DNA of 64,000 nt, from IMG/VR virus record IMGVR_UViG_3300044971_004534; one strand, 5' to 3'. A program made the position numbers and the translations under genes. The stretch comes from a virus. Positions 36,106-44,172 of the stretch are shown piece by piece; positions within the stretch are counted from its first letter, which is position 1; each line of letters starts with the position of its first letter. The notes under the pieces were generated by a model. It saw only the letters and a list, made by a program, of their open reading frames with translations. It was not told where the DNA came from and searched no databases.

Positions 36106-36999
36106 ATGACAAGTATACAGTATACTGTTGGTCCCCATTCGCAAGGAGGAAACATGGGTCTTGATAACGATAGGAAGTCGTTTTTGGTTGAAAAAATTAA
36201 GAAAGACATCTCTTTCATCAACACATCTTTGTTGACGACGGATCAGATGGTGGTTAGCTATGGTCGTTTGGTTGATCGTACTGCTAACAACAGCGTCAAT
36301 CATAAGACTATGGGCGTGGAGAATGTCATTTGGTTTACCGAGGAGGAAGAAAAAGAGTTTTTCTCTCTGTATGGTAGTGCTCGTGCTGACTTCATCCACA
36401 ATCAGAATGACATCGACATGGAGAAGATGCTTGAAGATGTCATGCGAATTCGCACTATTTTGATTTATCAGCACATGCCTATGGTGCAGGCATGGGTGCG
36501 CAGGCAGATGTCCAAGCGCTCCAAGAATAGGCACCATCTTACCATTGAAGATAAAAATAGCGAAGGGCTTCGTGTGCTCCTCAACTGCATCGACAGGTTC
36601 GATTGCAGCAAACAGACCAAGTTTTTGGGTTATCTCTTTAGAGCCTTGGACAATCTCGTCTTGAAGGACGTTAGGGACAATAAAAAGAGACAAAAAGACA
36701 TTGAGATGGACCTGGTTGATGTCTCTCATGTCAGAGATAGAGCTAGCGAGCTTTCCCCTGTCCTTGTTGAAGTCAAGGATATTTGGGAAGGATGCAGTGG
36801 CGACAATGGTGCTGCTGCCTTTCTGACTGATTTTGAAAGGTCTATCATCCTCCATGAGTTTGGCGATGATTTTGCCGATTTGGTACAGGATGAAAGGGCC
36901 AAGTCTTTGAATATTAACTTGGCCACCTTTAGAAAGAAGAGAAAGAATGCTATTCAAAAGATCAAAGAGGCAATCTTCTCGCGTCTTAATCTCCACTAG
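36106..36999 (+). CDS. sigma-70 family RNA polymerase sigma factor (divergent)
   Basis: Region 2-like 'EDKNSEGLRVLLNCIDRFDCSKQTKFLGYLFRALDNLVLKDV' (compare 'QEG..GL..A...FD......F..Y'). Region 4-like 'ERSIILHEFGDD...LNINLATFRKKRKNAIQKIKE'. The ATG at 36106 lies 4 nt after the deaminase stop. The track start is 36037. Confidence 0.6.
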   Translation: MTSIQYTVGPHSQGGNMGLDNDRKSFLVEKIKKDISFINTSLLTTDQMVVSYGRLVDRTANNSVNHKTMGVENVIWFTEEEEKEFFSLYGSARADFIHNQNDIDMEKMLEDVMRIRTILIYQHMPMVQAWVRRQMSKRSKNRHHLTIEDKNSEGLRVLLNCIDRFDCSKQTKFLGYLFRALDNLVLKDVRDNKKRQKDIEMDLVDVSHVRDRASELSPVLVEVKDIWEGCSGDNGAAAFLTDFERSIILHEFGDDFADLVQDERAKSLNINLATFRKKRKNAIQKIKEAIFSRLNLH

Positions 37000-37441
37000 A
37001 GATCAAGACTGCTATCATTTTGCTGGCAGCGATGTTCACGGAATAGGTGTTTTTGCAAAAAAAGACATTCAAAAGGGTGAAAAAATAGGAAAATTTCTTC
37101 ATCTAAGGAAGAAAGACAATTCTGATAAGATCAATAGGTTTGTCAGAGATGAACTTTGCAGGTTCATGAATCACAGTGACGAGCCTAATGTAATTCTTGT
37201 AATCAATGAAAATGGAGGGCTTGATGCTAAAGCCTTGCATAGATTACAAAAAAGTGAAGAACTTTTCATAAATTACAATGATGCTTTTCAGATGTTGATG
37301 GATAAATTTTTCCCTTTTTTCATCGATGTTCCAGTTCTTATTAGGACTAAAGAATTAAAAAATCACGGCGGTAATATCAATAGTCGTGGTCTTTTAGACG
37401 AAATAAAGAGAATCAAAGATGGCGTTTGGAGAAAAGTTTAA
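36947..37441 (+). CDS. SET-domain protein (putative protein lysine methyltransferase)
   Basis: 'VHGIGVFAKKDIQKGEKIG', 'RFMNHSDEPNV' (compare NHSCxPN), 'EELFINYND' (compare ELxxDY). Overlaps the sigma gene 3' end by 53 nt if the ATG at 36947 is used. Confidence 0.7.
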   Translation: MLFKRSKRQSSRVLISTRDQDCYHFAGSDVHGIGVFAKKDIQKGEKIGKFLHLRKKDNSDKINRFVRDELCRFMNHSDEPNVILVINENGGLDAKALHRLQKSEELFINYNDAFQMLMDKFFPFFIDVPVLIRTKELKNHGGNINSRGLLDEIKRIKDGVWRKV

Positions 37442-38678
37442 TTTTAAAGATGTCGTATTTGATGGCAGAATTGACAAGGTAAACAGGAAGATATTTTTTG
37501 TTATATCTCGGATAGGTGGCGGGGAATATGCCTCTGTGGAAATGAGGCTACATCTGCCTGATCGTATTTCCGAAGACTTTGTGCCTTCTAATTTTGATAG
37601 AAATATAACATCAACATCTTATGGTGCAAAAGGTATTTGTTTTCATAGCAATTGTGGAACTATAAAAAGTCCACATTCAGTTGAAAGATTAACTAATTTT
37701 TTCTCTATTTCTTTAACAAATAGCTTTAGAAGTATTAGTAAGTATGAGACCTCAAGAGAAATTTCTCTATCTTCTGGTTTTCATTTGCATAAATTTCCTG
37801 ACAGAATGAGTAAGTGGTTCGGTCTATGGTGTTCTAAAAAGATAAAAGAAAGAATATATGGATTTATAAACCAGGGTTGCTCTTCTTTGTTAGCTTATTC
37901 AAAATTAGATGACCTGGAAAGGCAAAGGTTTTTTATCAGTGCTTTTTCAGCGAGTAACTGGGACAATTTAATGACATCGGATGCCATCAGCATTTTGCAT
38001 CACAGTAAAATGCCGTGCTCTTCTGAATTTAAAGCTGCTTTTGAATTGCCAGTTAGCAGAAAGTGTCTGCTTGACGCTTGCGTCATTGATGGCAAGCTTT
38101 TGTTTAGAAAAATGCTTATTAGTAAAGCTGAAAATTTTTGCATAGCGATAAGCGATAGCAAAGATAGTGGATTGTTCTCTGATGCTTTTCAGTATTATGA
38201 CAACTGGAAGTCTTATTTAGTAATGAGCGATTCTTCTAATGATCTTAATTTGGTTGAAAGGTGCATGCCTTTTATGAGGTATAACTTTTCTTTCTGCTAT
38301 CTAAATAACTTTCAGTACATACACCCAGACTCGAAAATAGAAAGTCATCTAGATTTCAAAACTGCGCTTTCTATCAGTTCTGCTATCGGTGAATTTTATC
38401 TAAGGAGCATGTCTGATATCGATATTTTTGAACTAAGGTGTAAGTTTAAAGACATATATGACCAGTACTTGCTTGACAGAGATGCTACTTTGTGTAAGAT
38501 ACACAAGTCTTACGCAAGTAAGGGCTCACTCTTTACGGGTACAATCTCTGACTTGAGGAAGTCTTTGCCCTCTTACTCGTCCGCTTGGTCAAATTATCTA
38601 GAAGAGGAAATTTTTGTGAAGGATAAACGTAAAGTGTCTAGTAACAATACTTTAGATGAAGAGATGGAACTTTTCTGA
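37419..38678 (+). CDS. hypothetical protein (419 aa)
   Basis: Long ORF with no recognised motif. Confidence 0.6.
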   Translation: MAFGEKFNFKDVVFDGRIDKVNRKIFFVISRIGGGEYASVEMRLHLPDRISEDFVPSNFDRNITSTSYGAKGICFHSNCGTIKSPHSVERLTNFFSISLTNSFRSISKYETSREISLSSGFHLHKFPDRMSKWFGLWCSKKIKERIYGFINQGCSSLLAYSKLDDLERQRFFISAFSASNWDNLMTSDAISILHHSKMPCSSEFKAAFELPVSRKCLLDACVIDGKLLFRKMLISKAENFCIAISDSKDSGLFSDAFQYYDNWKSYLVMSDSSNDLNLVERCMPFMRYNFSFCYLNNFQYIHPDSKIESHLDFKTALSISSAIGEFYLRSMSDIDIFELRCKFKDIYDQYLLDRDATLCKIHKSYASKGSLFTGTISDLRKSLPSYSSAWSNYLEEEIFVKDKRKVSSNNTLDEEMELF

Positions 38679-38718
38679 TCTTCTTCCCAAAAAACAACTT
38701 ACAAGCTATCTGAGTCAA

Positions 38719-39609
38719 ATGAAAGTCGCAACATGTCTATCATCATGTTTGGCGGCTTTTGCTGTTTCTATTCAGCCTGCTTGTTCTACACTTGATACTT
38801 GCCACGATGCATGGAGCGGAGATTTTGACGGTCGAAGAACAGCCAATCTGTCCGTTGCCATGCATCGTGGTGAGACGGTATATTTAAAACTGGATATCTA
38901 CTTTGAGGTTATTGTATGTGAAGTAAAGGGCATGGAGAATAAGTTAATCTTGACAAGCATTGATCCTGACAGAATTGACAGAGAGATTGAGTTGCTGCGT
39001 TCTTCTTTTGCTCCGATGCATGTTGATTTTATTTTTAATAGTGTCAATCCAGTTGTTGAAGAGGTATGTGCAAATAGCGTAGACGAAATAGAGTCCGTAT
39101 TGTCTGATAAAATTTCAGAAGTTATGAACAGAGATGGTCAAAAGCAGTGTGACGACAAAGCCTCGCACAATAAAGATGCTTGCAGTATGTTTTTTCAATT
39201 CTCTCTGGGTGAGAACTACGCAGGATTGAGTAAACTGCCATACTGGGAAGATTGTTCTGGAATCAGGATTTGTGGACCCATGCTTCATGACTATCTTTTG
39301 GCACACGAAGTAGGACACTATTTCGGATTGCAGCATACTTTCAGCGTCAATGGAGACAATGTCTCAGACACCCCAGACGGCCCTAGTGATCCAAGAATGA
39401 TTGGCACTCCAAATGATCCTAATCTCCATAATATTATGACATATGCTTCTAATGGAATTGCAAGAAGTTTTACAAGTGGTCAAATGGATTATATGAAAAA
39501 GTGCATGCTCGCTTTTAGATACAAAGAGCTGTACCTGAAGGTGGACAAAAATGCGATCAAAAAGCCTTTGTCTGAAACAGTTAAAGAAATCATTTTTGAT
39601 ATCAAGTAG
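38719..39609 (+). CDS. secreted zinc metallopeptidase, M43 (cytophagalysin/pappalysin-like)
   Basis: 'LLAHEVGHYFGLQHTF' then 'GDNVSDTPD'. N-terminal signal-like 'MKVATCLSSCLAAFAVSIQPA'. An alternative upstream ATG lies at 38656. Confidence 0.7.
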   Translation: MKVATCLSSCLAAFAVSIQPACSTLDTCHDAWSGDFDGRRTANLSVAMHRGETVYLKLDIYFEVIVCEVKGMENKLILTSIDPDRIDREIELLRSSFAPMHVDFIFNSVNPVVEEVCANSVDEIESVLSDKISEVMNRDGQKQCDDKASHNKDACSMFFQFSLGENYAGLSKLPYWEDCSGIRICGPMLHDYLLAHEVGHYFGLQHTFSVNGDNVSDTPDGPSDPRMIGTPNDPNLHNIMTYASNGIARSFTSGQMDYMKKCMLAFRYKELYLKVDKNAIKKPLSETVKEIIFDIK

Positions 39610-40294
39610 TTTTGGTTTTTGTCTTATTGATAAATTCCATACATATATCAATTACTGAATTTTGATTTTCTTCGTCCATACGAAATGTTCTTGAAGAGCT
39701 TGAAAATAGGTTGGCATTTTTTGTATCCATAAACATAATAATTTGGTTATTATTTTTTTGAGCAGAAGATACAAGCATTTTGACGTATTCTTGAGATTCA
39801 GTCTCACTTAATCCTCTGCAGCAGTTGTCTATTACAAGACAGCAGTTTTGTATTGTTGAGTCATGAAGGTCTGCAAGTGGGATTGCGGCATTAGTTGCTA
39901 TTTCTCCATAAAAAAATAAATCGTCAACTACGCTATATCTTTCTGCTGGGTAGTATAGGATAGAATTTTTAATAGTTTTTTCTATTGATATTTTTGCTTG
40001 TATGGAAACTTTATTTGTCAACTTAGATGGTATGCCAAAAATTATAGGTTGTAAATCTGAAAAATTTGCCTCTATATTTATGTATCTATCAGTAGCAGAT
40101 TTTAAAATACCATTTTCTCCATGAAACAAATTCATTTGCCATGCATCAGATATAAGTTTTGCAAGATATGTTTTTCCGCAGTTATGATCTCCATATATGA
40201 AAAATTCATTATATGGATTACCATCCTGTTTTGTCAGGTTTATCAGGATATTCTTCCCAGTTTTATTTTTGAATTCAATTTTACTTATCTTCAT
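39602..40294 (-). CDS. small ABC/SMC-like P-loop ATPase (230 aa)
   Basis: N-terminus 'MKISKIEFKNKTGKNILINL...FFIYGDHNCGKTYLAKLI' (Walker A). 'CCLVIDNCCRGLSE' (Walker B/D-loop-like). AT-rich, unlike its flanks. Confidence 0.55.
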   Translation of the reverse strand: MKISKIEFKNKTGKNILINLTKQDGNPYNEFFIYGDHNCGKTYLAKLISDAWQMNLFHGENGILKSATDRYINIEANFSDLQPIIFGIPSKLTNKVSIQAKISIEKTIKNSILYYPAERYSVVDDLFFYGEIATNAAIPLADLHDSTIQNCCLVIDNCCRGLSETESQEYVKMLVSSAQKNNNQIIMFMDTKNANLFSSSSRTFRMDEENQNSVIDICMEFINKTKTKTT

Positions 40295-40670
40295 GGACTA
40301 TGTGATTACTAGGAACTACAACAACCATTTTCTTTAGGCTGTGTGGTTCTTTTGTCGTCACAATTCTTGTCTTAATTTCATCGTTTTGTGGTTTTGAAGA
40401 TACGCCATCAACTAAGTTTCCACAAAAATTCATCTTAACTTTATTTAAGATTTTTTCTTTTTCTTTTTGCTTCTGGAATACTTTTCTTATGTTCGATGGA
40501 AAAATGTTGTGAACTTTTTCATTCTTGTCTTTTATTACAAGTATGTAGCCTTTTGTTGCACTTGGTTTAATTAGTTGAAAAAGTCCGGTGACAAAATCAC
40601 CTATCTCTGTTAAACCAGAGATGTGCTTGTCTTTAAAACCGTTTTCTAAACCTTTAAGGTACCAATTCAT
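40281..40670 (-). CDS. hypothetical protein (129 aa), upstream partner of the small ATPase
   Basis: ORF overlapping the ATPase start by 14 nt. No motif recognised. Confidence 0.5.
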   Translation of the reverse strand: MNWYLKGLENGFKDKHISGLTEIGDFVTGLFQLIKPSATKGYILVIKDKNEKVHNIFPSNIRKVFQKQKEKEKILNKVKMNFCGNLVDGVSSKPQNDEIKTRIVTTKEPHSLKKMVVVVPSNHIVHEDK

Positions 40671-40690
40671 TATTAATTATTCTTTCTACA

Positions 40691-40726
40691 TTGTGTCAAC
40701 TGATCAATCCCTCATGGATATATATA
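40691..40726 (+). promoter_or_regulatory. candidate promoter (TTGTGTCA-N17-GGATATATATA) upstream of the deaminase-tilS-guaC operon
   Basis: Read directly. Lies in the 78-bp divergent intergenic region, 22 nt upstream of the ATG at 40749. Same bipartite motif at 43088 and 46611. Confidence 0.4.
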
Positions 40727-40748
40727 CAAGCTAAAGGGATTTGTTCCT

Positions 40749-41228
40749 ATGGAAAAAAGACTAACAGAAATTGCAGTAAATTTAATGGGTGCTCATTTTT
40801 CATCCATGATCTCCATGGAAGGGCAAAAGAAGCATTGCAGTGCTATTGTCTATGACGGCGAGGTTATTGCAGTTGGCTTTAATAGACATAGGACTAGTCA
40901 AATTGCTTTCGAGTTTGGCTATCAATATGGAGAGTATCATGCCGAACTAGATGCGCTAATTCAGATTCACCATTTTGCCATGGATCTTGAAAAAGATAAA
41001 CTTTCTCTCATAAATTTTAGAATCAATAGATTTACTAACATAGGAATTTCTCGTCCATGCTCCAAGTGCATGAGATGGGCTGATGGACTTTTTTCTACAT
41101 TCATGTACACGGACGCTGATGGTGGTCTTGTTATCGAAGATTCACTTACCAAAGAACGTGTGAATGTTATGAATGCTTTTGATTTGCGCAAAAAATTAGG
41201 ATGGAAAGAGAGTGTGTGCCATGCTTGA
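40749..41228 (+). CDS. CDA-fold zinc deaminase (TadA/dCMP-deaminase-like, substrate unresolved)
   Basis: 'HCSAIVYDGEVIAVGFN', 'YHAELDAL', 'RPCSKCMRWA' (H-A-E ... P-C-x-x-C). Confidence 0.65.
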   Translation: MEKRLTEIAVNLMGAHFSSMISMEGQKKHCSAIVYDGEVIAVGFNRHRTSQIAFEFGYQYGEYHAELDALIQIHHFAMDLEKDKLSLINFRINRFTNIGISRPCSKCMRWADGLFSTFMYTDADGGLVIEDSLTKERVNVMNAFDLRKKLGWKESVCHA

Positions 41229-42009
41229 TGTGAAATCTTCAAAATATGCTGCTATGGTTTTTTCTCGTTCCGGCATGTGCAATGACTTCATTGCAAATCT
41301 CAGGCCAGAAGAGAACAACTTATTGCTTGCTTGTAGCGGCGGACCTGATAGTGCAGCCATGATCGGTATTGCAAGAGTTTTGCTGAATCGTGGTCTTATC
41401 AAAAAAGCTGATGTTGTTCACGTAAATCACAATCTAAGAGATGAGGCTATGCTTGATGCAGAGGTTTGTGAGAATCAAGCTAATATGTTTGGTCTTCCAT
41501 TCTTTTATTACGATGTATATCCATCTATGTCTAATAAAAATTTATATGAGGCTGGCAGGGAGCTGAGATATCAGATTCTTCAGCATCACGCTTTAAGGCA
41601 TAATAGTCATGTAATCATGACCGCTCATCATGCTGACGACATTGCAGAGACGGTTATGATGCATTTGGCAAGAGGTTGCGGAGCTAATGGTCTTTGTGGC
41701 GTCCATGAAAGAAACTCTTCTTTTGGTCACGTTGACGTTGTTCGCCCTCTCTTGAAGGCGAGGAAAAAGAAGCTAGAAGAACTCTGCGAAAAAGCGGGAA
41801 TCGAGTACTGCGTAGACAAATCAAATTTTAATACTGAAAAATCTAGAGCTTATATCCGGCACTCTGTAATCCCCATGCTGGAAAAACTAAATCCAGCTTT
41901 TGTTGAACATGTTGCAAAAACGGCAATGCTCATGCAGGGTATTGTCGAGAAAGATGAATATGGGAAAATTAATAGAACAAAAAAACACTCTTCGAGCATT
42001 AAAAGCTAA
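41221..42009 (+). CDS. tilS: tRNA(Ile)-lysidine synthetase, N-terminal PP-loop catalytic domain only (about 263 aa)
   Basis: 'LLLACSGGPDSAAM' (SGGxDS PP-loop), 'VVHVNHNLRDEA', 'EAGRELRYQIL', 'TAHHADDIAETVMMHLARGCG..GLCG'. The ATG at 41221 overlaps the deaminase stop. An alternative GTG start lies at 41212. Confidence 0.8.
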   Translation: MLDVKSSKYAAMVFSRSGMCNDFIANLRPEENNLLLACSGGPDSAAMIGIARVLLNRGLIKKADVVHVNHNLRDEAMLDAEVCENQANMFGLPFFYYDVYPSMSNKNLYEAGRELRYQILQHHALRHNSHVIMTAHHADDIAETVMMHLARGCGANGLCGVHERNSSFGHVDVVRPLLKARKKKLEELCEKAGIEYCVDKSNFNTEKSRAYIRHSVIPMLEKLNPAFVEHVAKTAMLMQGIVEKDEYGKINRTKKHSSSIKS

Positions 42010-42021
42010 TCAGGAAAGAAT

Positions 42022-43072
42022 TATGGATAACAAGTTTGAGCCAGACGTAAAACTTGACTTTTGCGACGTTCTTATAGTGCCAAAGTCAACAAGAGTTGGC
42101 AGCAGGAAAGAAGTTAATCTAAAAACTTCTCTTCAATTTAGAAAGGCTAGATTTTCTCTACCGTGTGTGCCAGTGTGTGCATCAAACATGGATGGAGTGG
42201 GGACCGTGTCTATGGGGCAAAAACTTGCCACGCATAGCATGCTTACTACTCTAACCAAATACACGACTATGAAAGTTTTTGAAGATCAGAACTATAAAAA
42301 GTCTGATTATATTTTTGGAACTTTTGGCTTAGACGATGACAGTAAGAGCATACTTTTTAATGAAAATTTAGAAAAATACTTTTCCACCATTTGCTTAGAT
42401 GTTGCTAATGGGTACATGGACAAATTTTTAGATTTTGTTTACGTGGTAAGAAAGCGTTGGCCAAACATGGGCATCCTCGCTGGCAACGTAGTTACTCCAG
42501 AGGGGGTTTACGAAACGGCTCGTGCCGGTGCAGACTTTGTTAAGGTAGGCATAGGCAGCGGGTCTGTCTGCACTACACGACGCGTTGCCGGTATCGGCTA
42601 TCCGCAGCTCTCTGCTCTACTTGAGTGTCGTTCTGCTGCTGAAGAAAGTGGATGTGGAGTAGTCAGTGATGGCGGCTGCGTGCATCCAGGAGACGTGTCA
42701 AAGGCATTTGCAGCAGGTGCGGAGATAGTCCTTCTTGGCGGCATGCTTGCTGGCCACGATGAAGGCGCCGATGACGGCGTATTCATAGATGACGGTGAAA
42801 AAAGAAGATTTGTTTTCTCGGGGTCTTCTTCTTCGCGTGCATTGAAAAAGATTGGAAACAACTCTAAATACAGAACTTCTGAGGGTCGAGTGGTAATCAT
42901 GGACGCCAAGGGTCCAGTTGAAGAAACCGTAAATCATATCCTGGGCGGACTTAGATCAACTTGCTCATACACAAATTGCTTCGACCTAAAGGATTTATTT
43001 ACTAATTCAAAGTTTATTCGTGTCAATAGACAACTTAATGAGTACTTCGAACATCACACAATAGGTGTTTAA
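42022..43072 (+). CDS. guaC: GMP reductase
   Basis: 'LDFCDVLIVPK', 'ASNMDGVGT', 'VKVGIGSGSVCTTRRVAGIGYPQLSAL', 'VSDGGC..PGDVSKAFAAGAEIVLLGGMLAGHDE'. About 350 aa with no CBS insert, which fits GuaC rather than IMPDH. The ATG at 42022 has AGGAAAG upstream. The track start is 41900. Confidence 0.75.
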
Positions 43073-43087
43073 GTCACATAGATGTTT

Positions 43088-43121
43088 TCGTGTCATCTCT
43101 GAGTTTTCAGGGATATATATG
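43088..43121 (+). promoter_or_regulatory. candidate promoter (TCGTGTCA-N15-GGATATATATG)
   Basis: Read directly in the 102-bp intergenic region between guaC and the ORF at 43175. Confidence 0.4.
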
Positions 43122-43174
43122 GGTGTGGCATAGCTGTGAATGTCGCCTGTTTTTGAGTAAAAAAGGAGCAAAAG

Positions 43175-43531
43175 ATGGAAGAACGTGAGAGTGAAAAAGT
43201 TACCAACGGCGACATTGAGTTTGCCATTTTTTTGGCCGAATCTGAAGACGCCAAAGAACAAAAAAAGTCATTCTTGACTCCTGGTAACATTTTTAGAATT
43301 TACCTCGAAACATCGTATGAAGATGATAACGAAGATTTTGAGGGAGGGGTCATTTATAATGTATACGCTTGCATTGACGGTATGTACTTTATGCTTGCAA
43401 CATTAGAAGACAAGGCGGATGCTATCAGATTCGCAGAAAACTCATGCATTCAGCTGGAAAAGAGCCTGAAGAAGCACATGATTGACTCTGTTTCCTCTAT
43501 CACTTTCAAAAAGGAAGATATCGATGAATAA
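43175..43531 (+). CDS. hypothetical acidic protein (118 aa)
   Basis: AAGGAG 6 nt upstream of the ATG. No motif recognised. Confidence 0.55.
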   Translation: MEERESEKVTNGDIEFAIFLAESEDAKEQKKSFLTPGNIFRIYLETSYEDDNEDFEGGVIYNVYACIDGMYFMLATLEDKADAIRFAENSCIQLEKSLKKHMIDSVSSITFKKEDIDE

Positions 43532-43685
43532 GACTGGAAGAAGAATGCTGAAAGTTCGCAAGAAGCGCAAGGAAAGAATTAAGGCTAAGCGCAAAGAGGC
43601 GATTATGCAGGCGCAAATGGAAAAGGAAGCAAGATCTCGTCGTAGAAAGAACTCCGCTAGTCAGGCTGGCAAGTCATCCATTTGA
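43524..43685 (+). CDS. small Lys/Arg-rich protein (53 aa)
   Basis: 'MNKTGRRMLKVRKKRKERIKAKRKEA...RSRRRKNS'. The ATG at 43524 overlaps the upstream stop (ATGAATAA). The track start is 43482. Confidence 0.4.
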   Translation: MNKTGRRMLKVRKKRKERIKAKRKEAIMQAQMEKEARSRRRKNSASQAGKSSI

Positions 43686-44137
43686 TGAAGTGCTGATTGT
43701 GGCACGAACCAAGCCTTAGGTCTATCGTTATATGTTTTGGTTTCATGCTCATATCTTTCTGAGCCTCTGATCCAGCCGACAATCTTGTATTTGCAGCCGC
43801 TCCCGGTCACAAGCACGTAAATCTTGTGATCGGGATCGTCTTTTCTGAGTATTAAATCAAAATGGTCTTCACGTCTTGTTCTAACTTCATAATTTTTTAC
43901 GTCTGGAGTAGACCGAAATGTGTTTACCGTCAAGGCCTCATCGCTTCCTAGAAACTTTCTGAACGCTATTTCACCTCTTGCTCCAAGTAAATGATATTCT
44001 AAATTTTTTAAATTAGACGCCCCATGTTTGTCGTGCAGTCCAAGATCTTTAACTCCATTCATTCTTTTTTCAGCTAGGTCACATGCCTCGGCAAGTTCTT
44101 GCCTGCTCAAAGTGATGTACTTTGTGGTTTGATTCAC
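43661..44137 (-). CDS. PD-(D/E)xK-like nuclease-fold protein (putative)
   Basis: 'LLGARGEIAFRKFLG', 'TPDVKNYEVRTRRE' (D...E-x-R/K), 'IYVLVT'. On the minus strand, a GTG at 44137 is preceded by GGAGG with a 6-nt spacer, so I prefer it to the track ATG at 44257. Confidence 0.4.
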   Translation of the reverse strand: MNQTTKYITLSRQELAEACDLAEKRMNGVKDLGLHDKHGASNLKNLEYHLLGARGEIAFRKFLGSDEALTVNTFRSTPDVKNYEVRTRREDHFDLILRKDDPDHKIYVLVTGSGCKYKIVGWIRGSERYEHETKTYNDRPKAWFVPQSALHQMDDLPA

Positions 44138-44172
44138 TTGACACCTCCAGCATACCGTGGTATGATACTGGC

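Noticed and set aside
35884-36996. 370-aa ORF on the minus strand, exactly antisense to the sigma-factor gene and part of the dCMP deaminase gene
   Set aside because: It is codon-aligned with the plus-strand sigma ORF, so it stays open simply because that gene uses no TTA, CTA or TCA codons (GC-shifted codon usage). Its translation has no recognisable motif, whereas the plus strand shows sigma regions 2 and 4. Treated as a shadow ORF.
42022-43072. IMP dehydrogenase (GuaB) rather than GMP reductase
   Set aside because: The length is about 350 aa with no CBS-pair insertion, and the N-terminal 'LDFCDVLIVPK' pattern fits GuaC better. The distinction needs a phylogeny.
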